A DNA stretch of 64,000 nucleotides, from the NCBI GenBank assembly GCA_964016885.1, contig OZ024740.1, positions 27,900,001-27,964,000 on the forward strand. The letters are read 5' to 3'. Under the pieces are notes generated by a model that saw only the letters and a list, made by a program, of their open reading frames with translations, was not told the DNA's origin and ran no database searches. Source of the stretch: Eledone cirrhosa (lineage: Eukaryota). The position numbers and the translations under genes were made by a program. Shown here in pieces: positions 11,277-24,900 of this stretch (positions are counted from its first letter, which is position 1; every line of letters starts with the position of its first letter).

Positions 11277-12346
11277 GCTACTACTGCTACTACTACATCA
11301 GCATCACCAACGTCATCATCTCCATCTCAGTATTTATGTGCAACAGCAGTAGATATACAGACAGCCAAAAACTGATGAACATTTAGTAGTGAAACGCTGT
11401 TGCAACAAAATGTGACGTTTCGGAGTGGGTTTTTTTAAAATATATATATTGTTTTAACTGGTAGTAATTTCATCGATGGCTTCTTGTCGAAGCGCTATGT
11501 TGCAGGACATAAACAAAGTGTATATGTATACACAGATACAAGCAAACAGATATATACGTAGTCACATACACACACAAAATTACACTCATAAAAGCATATA
11601 TATATATATATATATTTTTTTATTATTATCTAATTATATAATAAACAACACAATTATATAATAAACAACACAATTATATAATAAACAAACACAATTGTAT
11701 ATTAAACAACACAATTATATAATAAACAACACAATTATATAATAAACAACGCAATTATATATAAACAACGCAATTATATAATAAACAACACAATTATATA
11801 ATAAACAACGCTACTACTGCTACTACTAACATCAGCATCACCAACGTCATCATCTCCATCTCAGTATTTATGTGCAACAGCAGTAGATATACAGACAGCC
11901 AAAAACTGATGAACATTTAGTAGTGAAACGCTGTTGCAAGAAAATGTGACGTTTCGGAGTGGGTTTTTTTAAAATATATATATTGTTTTAACTGGTAGTA
12001 ATTTCATCGATGGCTTCTTGTCGAAGCGCTATGTTGCAGGACATAAACAAAGTGTATATGTATACACAGATACAAGCAAACAGATATATACGTAGTCACA
12101 TACACACACAAAATTACACTCATAAAAGCATATATATATATATATATATTTTTTTTATTATTATCTAATTATATAATAAACAACACAATTATATAATAAA
12201 CAACACAATTATATAATAAACAAACACAATTGTATATTAAACAACACAATTATATAATAAACAACACAATTATATAATAAACAACGCAATTATATATAAA
12301 CAACGCAATTATATAATAAACAACACAATTATATAATAAACAACGC
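11277..12346. repeat. Near-perfect tandem duplication, period ~534 bp
   Basis: catcagcatcaccaacgtc at 11296 and 11830. Each copy has unique sequence followed by the start of the 20-bp array. Confidence 0.92.
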
Positions 12347-13647
12347 GATTATATAATAAACAACGCAATTATATAATAAACAACGCAATTATATAATAAA
12401 CAACGCAATTATATAATAAACAACACAATTATATAATACACAACACAATTATATAATAAACAACACAATTATATAATAAAAAACACAATTGTATAATAAA
12501 CAACACAATTATATAATAAACAACTCAATTATATAATAAACAACACAATTATATAATAAACAACACAATTATATAATAAACAACACAATTATATAATAAA
12601 CAACACAATTATATAATAAACAACACAATTGTATATTAAACAACACAATTATGTAATGAACAACTGAATTATATAATAAATAACACAATTATATAATAAA
12701 CAACACAATTATATAATAAACAACACAATTATATAATAAACAACTCAAGTATATAATAAACAACACAATTATATAATAAACAACACGATTATATAATAAC
12801 CACCACAATTATATAATAAACAACACAATTATATAATAAACAACACAATTATATAATAAACAACACAATTATATAATAAATAACACAATTATATAATAAA
12901 CAACACAATTATATAATAAACACCACAATTATATAATAAACAACACAATTATATAATAAGCAACACAATTATATAATAAATAACACAATTATATAATAAA
13001 CAACACAATTATATAATAAACACCACAATTATATAATAAATAAAACAATTATATAATAAACACCACCATTATATAATAAACAACACAATTATATAATAAA
13101 CAACACAATTATATAATAAACAACACAATTATATAATAAATAACACATTTATATAATAAACAACACAATTATATAATAAATAACACAATTATATAATAAA
13201 CAACTGAAGTATATAATAAACAACACAATTATATAATAAACAACTCAATTATATAATAAACCACAGAATTATATAATAAACACCACAATTATATAATAAA
13301 CAACTCAATTATATAATAAACCACAGAATTATATAATAAACACCACAATTATATAATAAACAACTCAATTATATAATAAACAACACAATTATATAATAAA
13401 CACCACAATTATATTATAAACAACACAATTATATAATAAACAACTCAATTATATAATAAACAACACAATTATATAATAATTAACACAATTATATAATAAA
13501 CAACTCAATTATATAATAAACCACAGAATTATATAATAAACACCACAATTATATAATAAACAACACAATTATATAATAAACAACTCAATTATATAATAAA
13601 CAACACAATTATATAATAAACAACATAATTATATAATAAACAACACA
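12168..13647. repeat. 20-bp minisatellite (AATTATATAATAAACAACAC)n, ~74 copies; a shorter run lies at 11632-11810
   Basis: Exact 20-bp periodicity visible in register. Confidence 0.97.
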
Positions 13648-13884
13648 TCACAGAAACGTCTAGCTCATTTCTGTTAGAATCGTCTAATTTCGTGAAACCC
13701 TTGGTAATGGAATAATTATATTGCCTGGTATATTATGTAATTAAATTGCTCTGTACAATACATAGAGCACTCTTCTTTCCTGCACCTCTTCTATGGAATT
13801 ATATAACATATATATATATATGCGTTCGGATCTAGCTGCCTGTTGAAACGGCCGGAGCTCAGCCGTTGGGGTCCTAACTCTTTT

Positions 13885-13965
<81 letters not shown>

Positions 13966-14123
13966 AAATAGGATTTTGCTTCAAGCATAGCTTTATACAA
14001 TATGTATAAATATTTCGTATCTCCAAAGAGATACGGTTTTAGGAAGCTGTAGCTATGCAAACACCGGGGGTGGAGGGGAGCTAATGCCCTCTAGTGATGT
14101 CCAGCAGAAGCAAGGAGGACAAC

Positions 14124-14162
14124 CGTCTATGCATTTCAGGCTTAACTGGTTTCGTCAGGACG
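14124..14162 (-). ncRNA. Minimal type I hammerhead motif with weakened stem II
   Basis: Minus strand: CGTC-CTGACGA-aaccagttaagcct-GAAA-T(GC)A-TA-GACG; palindromic stem III ATGCAT. Confidence 0.55.
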
Positions 14163-14280
14163 CCCCCCCCCCCCCCCCCCCCCCACCGCTTGCGATTGCT
14201 GGACTAAGAGACGGGCGAGAATATATACTTTTCTCGTCTGTGTAAATGAGGTGATTAATCTCATATATATATATATATAT

Positions 14281-14396
14281 AAGTAGTAACACAACAGTTA
14301 GTTCACCATACCGAGAACAATTGTTTCACCTTAGCGGATCCGCTAAAGTGAAACAATTGTTCTCGGTATGGTGAACTAACTGTTGTGTTACCACTT
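14281..14396. repeat. 116-bp spacer-less palindrome centred on GGATCC
   Basis: aagtagtaacacaacag...ttagcgga|tccgctaa...ctgttgtgttaccactt, 2 mismatches. Confidence 0.95.
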
Positions 14397-14490
14397 CTAC
14401 CTAACTCATCCCATGGACTGAGTGGTCTACCACTACGGATATTACCTTCCAATGTTCTATCTCTCTCTCTATATATATATATAGAGACAA

Positions 14491-14547
14491 AGAGATTCTA
14501 CAGGACTAGTTTCATTCGAATGACACTTCTAGTCCTGTAGAAGCTCT
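14491..14547. repeat. Short fold-back hairpin
   Basis: agag-a-ttctacaggactag ... ctagtcctgtagaa-g-ctct, with an internal cattcgaatg palindrome. Confidence 0.8.
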
Positions 14548-14629
14548 TCTTCTATATTAAAACTGTTATACTCTGCTACGTATTGAGTACCTTACTTACT
14601 GTGGTTACCTCCGATTCAACCTGGAATAA

Positions 14630-14671
<42 letters not shown>

Positions 14672-14765
14672 TGTGTATGTTTGATGGGTTTCACACAGTT
14701 GCCTTTTAACTAAATTTTGCATACAAGGTATTGATCAACCAGACGCTAGATGCGCAAATATATAT

Positions 14766-15106
14766 CATCATCATCATCATCTTTTTACGTCCACTTTCTC
14801 CCTGCTTGCAAGGGTGGGACGGGAACTGATTCTGGCTTGATTTCTACAGCTGGATGCCCTTCCTAACACCAACCTCATTTACAGTGAGTGCTGGGTGCTT
14901 TTTTGCCGTGGCGCCTACACGTCCACTTTACAGTGGAATGATATGGACCCCAGTCCCTATCATCTCATTTCTACAGCTGAGTAAACTGGAGCAATGTGAA
15001 ATAAAGTGTCTTGCTCAAGGAAACAACACATCACCCAGTCTGAGAATTGAACTCACAACCTTTCGATTGCAAGGCCAATGCTCTAACCACTAAGCCATGT
15101 GCCTCC
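14766..15106 (-). mobile_element. tRNA-headed SINE or composite with RTE-type (ATG)n tail
   Basis: Minus-strand head tggcttagtggttagagcattggccttgcaatcgaaaggttgtgagttcaattc, core ccttgagcaagacactt, tail ending in (GAT)n. Confidence 0.75.
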
Positions 15107-15172
15107 ATATATATATATATATATTTGTATGTGTGTTTGTGTGTGTGTGTGTGTGTTTGTGTGTGTGCGCAC

Positions 15173-15224
<52 letters not shown>

Positions 15225-15260
15225 ATGTATGTATGTAGTATATATATATATATATATATT

Positions 15261-16195
15261 GCATGCCACGTTCTCGTCAGCAGGGTTCTCCAAAACACAA
15301 TAGAACACTCTGTGTTCAGAAAACATGAGGCCGCCTGTGAGACGTGGGGCCGGTTGGGACTTAGCCCAGTAGACGTCCCTCATCCTTCTCTCCCTGCTGA
15401 CGTCAAGTCTCCCCAAAACATTTGGGATGCCATCCAGTGCAGCCTGGCTTCAGACAGGCTCACGCGCCAGCTCGACCAGCAGCCTTGCCTGTTTTCGTGC
15501 GGCCTCCAAACCCCACAGTGGTGCTTGGCTCCATGCCTTGCCCTCCTTCTCCACTGGCACGTGGCTAGATAACAATAGCCTGTGCATCGGTGTTCCCTTG
15601 AGGCTCGGCCTCCAGATCTGCGAGCCACACCAATGTCGCTGTGTATCTACCGTGGACTCTTTCAGCCACCACCCGCTTTCCTGTCTCCACAGTGCCGGCC
15701 GCCTTCCACGCCATGCTGCCCTCAACAAGGTCATAAAGCATGGCTTGGACGCTGCAGGCTTCCCTTCTCAGCTCAAGCCGGTAGGGCTGGACCGAGGGGA
15801 CGGCAAAAGGCCAGATGGCATGACCATTTTCCCGTTCCGCGGTGGCAAACCCCTTGTCTGGGATGCCACTTTCACCGACACTTTCTGCAGCCGCAACCTG
15901 GTGCAGTCTGCGACTAACCCAAGTTCTGCTGCACATCGGGCTGAGAGACCAAACTCTTCAAATATCGGTCGGTCTCCGACAGATTTGCGGTTTTACCCTT
16001 GGCAGTGGAGACTTCTAGTGTCCTCGGCTCTAGGGCTACCTCCCTATTCACCACCATAGGCGCTGAGCTGGTCAGCCGCAGGTGTGAACCTCGGGAGTTG
16101 GAATGGCTTTTCCTGCGCGTCTTCCTTGCCGTCTTCCGGGGAAACTCCTTCTCCATTCTGTCCACCGGGACTGTGGGGAGGCCACCAATATGATT
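15261..16195 (+). mobile_element. 3' fragment of a CRE-clade RLE non-LTR retrotransposon
   Basis: SGAWLHALP..LRLG..CRC..HPLSC..RHAALN..DGKRPDG..PLVWDAT..(frameshift)..PLAVETSSVLG: zinc knuckle plus PD-D restriction-like endonuclease. Confidence 0.85.
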
Positions 16196-16329
16196 GACTG
16201 ACTTATCATTTCATCAGTCAGATGTTTTTAGACCCATTTTGTCATTTAGTTAAAGCATTGAACTCCTGTCGAATTAGTTTGCATTGTGACTGGACATTTA
16301 CAAATAGGATTTAACTCTGAATTGTCTTT

Positions 16330-16560
16330 TATCATTATATATAATTTATAAACTCTTCAGGCATATTTAGCTTCTGATGTCATTTTGACAGGTTATCCCC
16401 CACTTCAACACCTTCCTCAAATCCTGGTTGTCTTTTAATATGCTTCATATTATCCTTTCCTTTATTTTTCTATCTCAGAAGAGATCTTCCTACGTTTTGC
16501 ACTCCGGCGTGAGGCTGGCCATATCTTAGAACTTTAGGCAGTCTTTCATCATTCTTCCTG
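16330..16560 (-). mobile_element. Old LINE (RTE-like) 3' fragment
   Basis: Minus strand translates to RKNDERLPKVLRYGQP, similar to the RM...RLPK..LFG motif of the RTE at 1308-5077. Confidence 0.45.
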
Positions 16561-16758
16561 TATGTATGTATATATATTTTCTTCCTATATACACTGTATA
16601 TATTTCTTTTCTTCCTCTATATGTATATATAATTCATTTTCATTTTCTATATGTATATATAATTCATTTTCTGTATCTCTCCTTTGTGATCCTGTCTCTA
16701 TTTTTGTACTCCTGTTTGTTGTTTCCTTGAACTATATATATATATATATATGACTGCA

Positions 16759-16815
16759 CCCTTGATAAAGGCTTGCTGGACACACAAGCCGGAACTGCTC
16801 GGCGCCGCAGTTGAG
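16759..16815 (+). ncRNA. Decayed hammerhead-like motif
   Basis: TTGATAA-A-GGCTTG(ctggacaca)CAAGCC-GGAA-CTGC(tcggcgcc)GCAG-TT. Stems II and III pair; both core boxes are mutated. Confidence 0.35.
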
Positions 16816-16891
16816 ATTTTACATATCTCTGTTCCCACTCTCTATCTCCCCATGCATTGAGTACTCGCATAATTAGTGGTCTTCTCCTTTT

Positions 16892-17000
<109 letters not shown>

Positions 17001-17049
17001 CATAAAGTTAAATAAAAAGTCAAATGTTTAAAATTTAGCTTCGTTTATT

Positions 17050-17104
17050 ACTGCTATATATATTTCAGTGACAGCCATCTTTGGCTGTGACCTCTTCAGG
17101 CAGT
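17050..17104 (-). ncRNA. Type I hammerhead ribozyme, intact core
   Basis: ACTGC-CTGAAGA-GGTcACAGCCA(aaga)TGGCTGTcACT-GAAA-T(ATAT)A-TA-GCAGT. Confidence 0.85.
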
Positions 17105-17206
17105 CCGAATTAGTGTGGTATAGACAAGTATATATCTTGTTGAAGTGTATAATTTTGTCAATACACCTCAACAACATTTATACTTGTCTATACCACACTA
17201 ATTCGG

Positions 17207-17261
17207 ACTGCCTTAAGAGGTCACAGCCAAAGATGGCTGTCACTGAAATATATATAGCAGT
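17207..17261 (+). ncRNA. Mirror-copy hammerhead with core mutation (CTTAAGA)
   Basis: Identical to 17050-17104 except G>T in CUGANGA. Confidence 0.7.
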
Positions 17262-17564
17262 AATAAACGAAGCTAAATTTTAAACATTTGACTTTTTATT
17301 TAACTTTATGTAACTTTTTATTTAACTTTATGTAACTTTTTATTTAACTTTACTCCGGAGTAACCAAGCCAACCTGCTCACTTCGTCGAGTGCTCCAGCC
17401 TGCATACTGAGGTGTTGGTATACAACCAACATATACTAAAAAAAATAATAAATATATGGCCTCAGCCGGATGGCTGAAACAGGTAAAAGAGTAAAAGAGT
17501 ATATATATATATATATATAGAGAGAGAGGGAGAGAGAGGGAGAGAGAGATTGGTCGTTAGATGT

Positions 17565-17643
<79 letters not shown>

Positions 17644-18402
17644 CATACATACTATACTATAGAAAGAAAAACAACACCTTCGACATAGACAATATAGGGT
17701 AACGATTGGTCAATAGAATATCTAGTGTGTTATGGTGTATGTCATACTGTGTTGTACTTTAATGAAGTTACTAGCATTGGCAAGGAATGACCGGATTACT
17801 GCCAGTCACAGATTTCTCTCTATGAGAACCAATAAAATATGTCAGATTCCCAGCTAGTCTTCCATCTACTTCAATTGGCAGCAATGTTTTTCCAATTCGT
17901 TGCTTCACTGCTTCTTCTTCTTGCTATCTCTGTACACCGTGTAATGTAAGATGCCAGAATTTTGTGTGCACCACTGCAGAATATTGCACCATTGCAAAGG
18001 ACTGCAGAACAGCAAGGAATTGCATGTGACTGGACTTTGTAATACTATGTTCTTTCTATTGTTTTGTTGTTGTTGTCTATTGTCTTATGGTGTTTGCTGA
18101 ATGTCTGTTGTAGAATTTGTTAGTGGTGGAGCGGTATGGTGGTGGCATTGGTAGTGGAAATGGCAGTAGGGAAGAAATGGTAGTGGTAGCAGTGGTGGTA
18201 TGGTTTTGGTAGGGTTGTATGGTGGGGAATGTGGTTGTATGGTGGTGGCTATTATGATGCTATGGTGGTGGCTATGGTGGTGGTGGTATGGTATTGGTAT
18301 GGTTGTATGGTGGTATGGTGGTGGCTATGGTGGTGGTGGTATGGTTTTGGTATGGTGGGGACAGTGACGTTATGGTGGTGATTGTGGCGGTAGAGTTGTG
18401 GG

Positions 18403-18617
18403 AGTCGTGGCCGTTTTGTTATCGGTAGAGCGTTAAACACCACTCTTTGCAGCAGAGTATTACATCCCTTTATGTTCTGAGTTCAAATCCAGCCGAGGTT
18501 AACTTTGCCTTTCAGCCTTACAGAGTCGATAAAATAAAGTACCAGTAATGTAGTAGTGTCAATTTAATTGTCTTTCCCATCCCCTAAAATTGTTGTCTTA
18601 AATCAGAAACCAATATT
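18403..18617 (+). mobile_element. tRNA-derived SINE
   Basis: atcggtagagcg..ctgagttcaaatcc..gcctttcagccttacagagtcgataaaataaagtaccag. Confidence 0.8.
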
Positions 18618-18960
18618 TTTGCAGCTGTGGTTATTTAACCTTAGGTCAGCCAAAATCGTGAAGGCATATTACCATTATCAAAGCTAATCCAGCCATGACC
18701 ATCTCACGTTTACTTCTTTTACTTATTATCTTTCTTATTCTCATTTTTCTTTATCCTAATTCTTTCTTTTCTTTTCACATTTTACTAGTTTTCTAACATC
18801 GTAATAACTAACGTCATCATCTTCAGTATCATCACCATTATCCGCCACCACCGCAAACAACAGCAACACAAACGTTAACAACAACAACACAACCTTCACC
18901 ATTACAACTATCAACACCACAAACAAACAGAACACAACCACAGTTAACACAACCACAACC

Positions 18961-21900
18961 AACACCACCACCACTAACACAGGCATCACAACCACTATCT
19001 TGAACAATACCAACACCACCACCACTAACACAAGTATCACAACCACTCTCCTGAACAATACCAACACCAGCACCACTAACACATGCATCATAACCACTAT
19101 CTTGAACAATACCAACACCACCACCACTAACACAAGTATCACAACCACTCTCCTGAACAATACCAACACCACCACCACTAACACATGCATCATAACCACT
19201 ATCTTGAACAATACCAACACCACCACCACTAACACAAGTATCACAACCACTCTCCTGAACAATACCAACACCACCACCACTAACACATGCATCATAACCA
19301 CTATCTTGAACAATACCAACACCACCACAACTAACACAAGTATCACAAACACTCTCCTGAACAATACCAACACCACCACCACTAACACATGCATCATAAC
19401 CACTATCTTGAACAATACCAACACCACCACCACTAACACAAGTATCACAACCACTCTCCTGAACAATACCAACACCACCACCACTAACACCGGCATCACA
19501 ACCACTATCTTGAACAATACCAACACCACCACAACTAACACAAGTATCACAACCACTCTCCTGAAACAATACCAACACCACCACCACTAACACATGCATC
19601 ATAACCACTATCTTGAACAATACCAACACCACCACCACTAACACAAGTATCACAACCACTCTCCTGAACAATACCAACACCACCACCACTAACACAGGCA
19701 TCACAACCACTACCTTGAACAATACCAACAGCACCACCACTAACACAGGCATCACAACCACTACCTTGAACAATACCAACACCACCACCACTAACACAAG
19801 CATCACAACCACTATCTTGAACAATACCAACACCACCACCACTAACACAAGTATCACAACCACTCTCCTGAACAATACCAACACCACCACCACTAACACA
19901 GGCATCACAACCACTACCTTGAACAATACCAACAGCACCACCACTAACACAGGCATCACAACCACTACCTTGAACAATACCAACACCACCACCACTAACA
20001 CAAGCATCACAACCACTATCTTGAACAATACCAACACCACCACCACTAACACAAGCATCACAACCACTATCTTGAACAATACCAACACCACCACTAATAA
20101 CACAAGCATCACAACCACTATCTTGAACAATACCAACAACACCACCACTAACACAAGCATCACAACCACTATCTTGAACAATACCAACACCACCACCACT
20201 AACACAGGCATCACAACCGCTATCCTGAACAATACCAACACCACCACCACTAACACATGCATCACACCCACTATCTTGAACAATACCAACACCACCACTA
20301 CTAACACAAGCATCACAACCACTATCTTGAACAATACCAACACCACCACTACTAACACAAGCATCACAACCACTATCTTGAACAATACCAACACCACCAC
20401 CACTAACACAGGCATCACAACCGCTATCTTGAACAATACCAACACCACCACCACTAACACATGCATCATAACCACTATCTTGAACAATACCAACACCACC
20501 ACCACTAACACAGGCATCACACCCACTATCTTGAACAATACCAACACCACCACCACTAACACAAGCATCACAACCACTCTCCTGAACAATACCAACACCA
20601 GCACCACTAACACAAGTATCACAACCACTCTCCTGAACAATACCAACACCACCACCACTAACACATGCATCATAACCACTATCTTGAACAGTACCAACAC
20701 CACCACCACTAACACATGTATCACAACCACTCTCCTGAACAATACCAACACCACCACCACTAACACATGCATCATAACCACTATCTTGAACAATACCAAC
20801 ACCACCACCACTAACACAAGCATCACAACCACTATCTTGAACAATACCAACACCACCACCACTAACACAAGCATCACAACCACTCTCCTGAACAATACCA
20901 ACACCACCACCACTAACACATGCATCATAACCACTATCTTGAACAATACCAACACCACCACCACTAACACAAGTATCACAACCACTCTCCTGAACAATAC
21001 CAACACCACCACCACTAACACATGCATCATAACCACTATCTTGAACAATACCAACACCACCACCACTAACACAAGTATCACAACCACTCTCCTGAACAAT
21101 ACCAACACCACCACCACTAACACATGCATCATAACCACTATCTTGAACAATACCAACACCACCACCACTAACACATGTATCACAACCACTCTCCTGAACA
21201 ATACCAACAACACCACCACTAACACATGCATCATAACCACTATCTTGAACAATACCAACACCACCACCACTAACACAAGCATCACAACCACTATCTTGAA
21301 CAATACCAACACCACCACCACTAACACAAGCATCACAACCACTCTCCTGAACAATACCAACACCACCACCACTAACACATGCATCATAACCACTATCTTG
21401 AACAATACCAACACCACCACCACTAACACAAGTATCACAACCACTCTCCTGAACAATACCAACACCACCACCACTAACACAGGCATCACAACCACTATCT
21501 TGAACAATACCAACACCACCACCACTAACACAAGTATCACAACCACTCTCCTGAACAATACCAACACCAGCACCACTAACACATGCATCATAACCACTAT
21601 CTTGAACAATACCAACACCACCACCACTAACACAAGTATCACAACCACTCTCCTGAACAATACCAACACCACCACCACTAACACATGCATCATAACCACT
21701 ATCTTGAACAATACCAACACCACCACCACTAACACAAGTATCACAACCACTCTCCTGAACAATACCAACACCACCACCACTAACACATGCATCATAACCA
21801 CTATCTTGAACAATACCAACACCACCACAACTAACACAAGTATCACAAACACTCTCCTGAACAATACCAACACCACCACCACTAACACATGCATCATAAC

Positions 21901-24900
21901 CACTATCTTGAACAATACCAACACCACCACCACTAACACAAGTATCACAACCACTCTCCTGAACAATACCAACACCACCACCACTAACACCGGCATCACA
22001 ACCACTATCTTGAACAATCCCAACACCACCACCACTAACACAAGTATCACAACCACTCTCCTGAACAATACCAACACCACCACCACTAACACAGGCATCA
22101 CAACCGCTATCCTGAACAATACTAACACTACCACCACTAACACATGCATCACACCCACTATCTTGAACAATACCAACACCACCACTACTAACACAAGCAT
22201 CACAACCACTATCTTGAACAATACCAACACCACCACTACTAACACAAGCATCACAACCACTATCTTGAACAATACCAACACCACCACCACTAACACAGGC
22301 ATCACAACCGCTATCTTGAACAATACCAACACCACCACCACTAACACATGCATCATAACCACTATCTTGAACAATACCAACACCACCACCACTAACACAG
22401 GCATCACACCCACTATCTTGAACAATACCAACACCACCACCACTAACACAAGCATCACAACCACTCTCCTGAACAATACCAACACCACCACCACTAACAC
22501 AAGTATCACAACCACTCTCCTGAACAATACCAACACCACCACCACTAACACATGCATCACACCCACTATCTTGAACAATACCAACACCACCACCACTAAC
22601 ACATGTATCACAACCACTCTCCTGAACAATACCAACACCACCACCACTAACACAAGCATCACAACCACTCTCCTGAACAATACCAACACCACCACCACTA
22701 ACACAAGTATCACAACCACTCTCCTGAACAATACCAACACCACCACCACTAACACAAGCATCACAACCACTATCTTGAACAATACCAACACCACCACCAC
22801 TAACACAAGCATCACAACCACTCTCCTGAACAATACCAACACCACCACCACTAACACATGCATCATAACCACTATCTTGAACAATACCAACACCACCACC
22901 ACTAACACAAGTATCACAACCACTCTCCTGAACAATACCAACACCACCACCACTAACACATGCATCATAACCACTATCTTGAACAATACCAACACCACCA
23001 CCACTAACACAAGCATCACAACCACTATCTTGAACAATACCAACACCACCACCACTAACACAAGCATCACAACCACTCTCCTGAACAATACCAACACCAC
23101 CACCACTAACACATGCATCATAACCACTATCTTGAACAATACCAACACCACCACCACTAACACAAGTATCACAACCACTCTCCTGAACAATACCAACACC
23201 ACCACCACTAACACATGCATCATAACCACTATCTTGAACAATACAAACACCACCACCACTAACACAGGCATCACAACCACTACCTTGAACAATACCAACA
23301 CCACCACCACTAACACAAGCATCACAACCACTATCTTGAACAATACCAACACCAACACTACTAACACAAGCATCACAACCACTATCTTGAACAATACCAA
23401 CACCACCACCACTAACACAGGCATCACAACCACTATCTTGAACAATACCAACACCACCACCACTAACACAGGCATCACGACCGCTATCCTGAACAATACC
23501 AACACCACCACCACTAACCCAAGCATCACAACCACTATCTTGAACAATACCAACACCACCACCACTAACACAGGCATCACAACAGCTATCTTGAACAATA
23601 CCAACACCACCACCACTAACACAAGCATCACAAACACTATCTTGAACAATACCAACACCACCACCACTAACACAAGCATCACAACCACTATCTTGAACAA
23701 TACCAACACCACCACCACTAACACAAGCATCACAACCGCTATCTTGAACAATACCAACACCACCACCACTAACACAATCATCACAACCACTATCTTGAAC
23801 AATACCAACACCACCACCACTAACACAAGCCTCACAACCGCTATCTTGAACAATACCAACACCACCACCACTAACACAAGCATCACAACCACTATCTTGA
23901 ACAATACCAACACCACCACCACTAACACAGGCATCACAACCACTATCTTGAACAATACCAACACCACCACCACTAACACAGGCATCACGACCGCTATCCT
24001 GAACAATACCAACACCACCACCACTAACCCAAGCATCACAACCACTATCTTGAACAATACCAACACCACCACCACTAACACAGGCATCACAACAGCTATC
24101 TTGAACAATACCAACACCACCACCACTAACACAAGCATCACAAACACTATCTTGAACAATACCAACACCACCACCACTAACACAAGCATCACAACCACTA
24201 TCTTGAACAATACCAACACCACCACCACTAACACAAGCATCACAACCGCTATCTTGAACAATACCAACACCACCACCACTAACACAATCATCACAACCAC
24301 TATCTTGAACAATACCAACACCACCACCACTAACACAAGCCTCACAACCGCTATCTTGAACAATACCAACACCACCACCACTAACACAAGCATCACAACC
24401 ACTATCTTGAACAATACCAACACCACCACCACTAACACAGGCATCACAACCACTTTCTTGAACAATACCAACACCACCACCACTAACACAAGCATCACAA
24501 CCACTATCTTAAACAATACCAACACCACCACCACTAACACAGGCATCACAACCGCTATCTTGAACAATACCAACACCACCACCACTAACACAATCATCAC
24601 AACCACTATCTTGAACAATACCAACACCACCACCACTAGCACATGCATCACAACCACTATCTTGAACAATACCAACACCACCACCACTAACACAGGCATC
24701 ACAACCACTATCTTGAACAATACCAACACCACCACCACTAACACAAGCATCACAACCACTTTCTTGAACAATACCAACACCACCACCACTAACACAAGCA
24801 TCACAACCACTATCTTGAACAATACCAACAACACCACCACTAACACAGGCATCACAACCACTATCTTGAACAATACCAACACTACCACCACTAACACAGG

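Noticed and set aside
12168-13647. CRISPR-like periodicity
   Set aside because: Head-to-tail 20-mers with no unique spacers, no cas genes, eukaryotic context.
13985-14058. Hammerhead-like hairpin GTATCTC-tttg-GAGATAC-GAAA (minus strand)
   Set aside because: Core box unrecognisable (CTAAAAC); cannot be distinguished from a chance hairpin.
15035-15106. tRNA gene
   Set aside because: tRNA-like A/B boxes run straight into a SINE body and no acceptor stem is evident; it is a SINE head.
17455-17502. Half hammerhead (AGCC-ggat-GGCT-GAAACAGGTA)
   Set aside because: No CUGANGA. It ends in (AAAAGAGT)2 and looks like a truncated SINE 3' tail.
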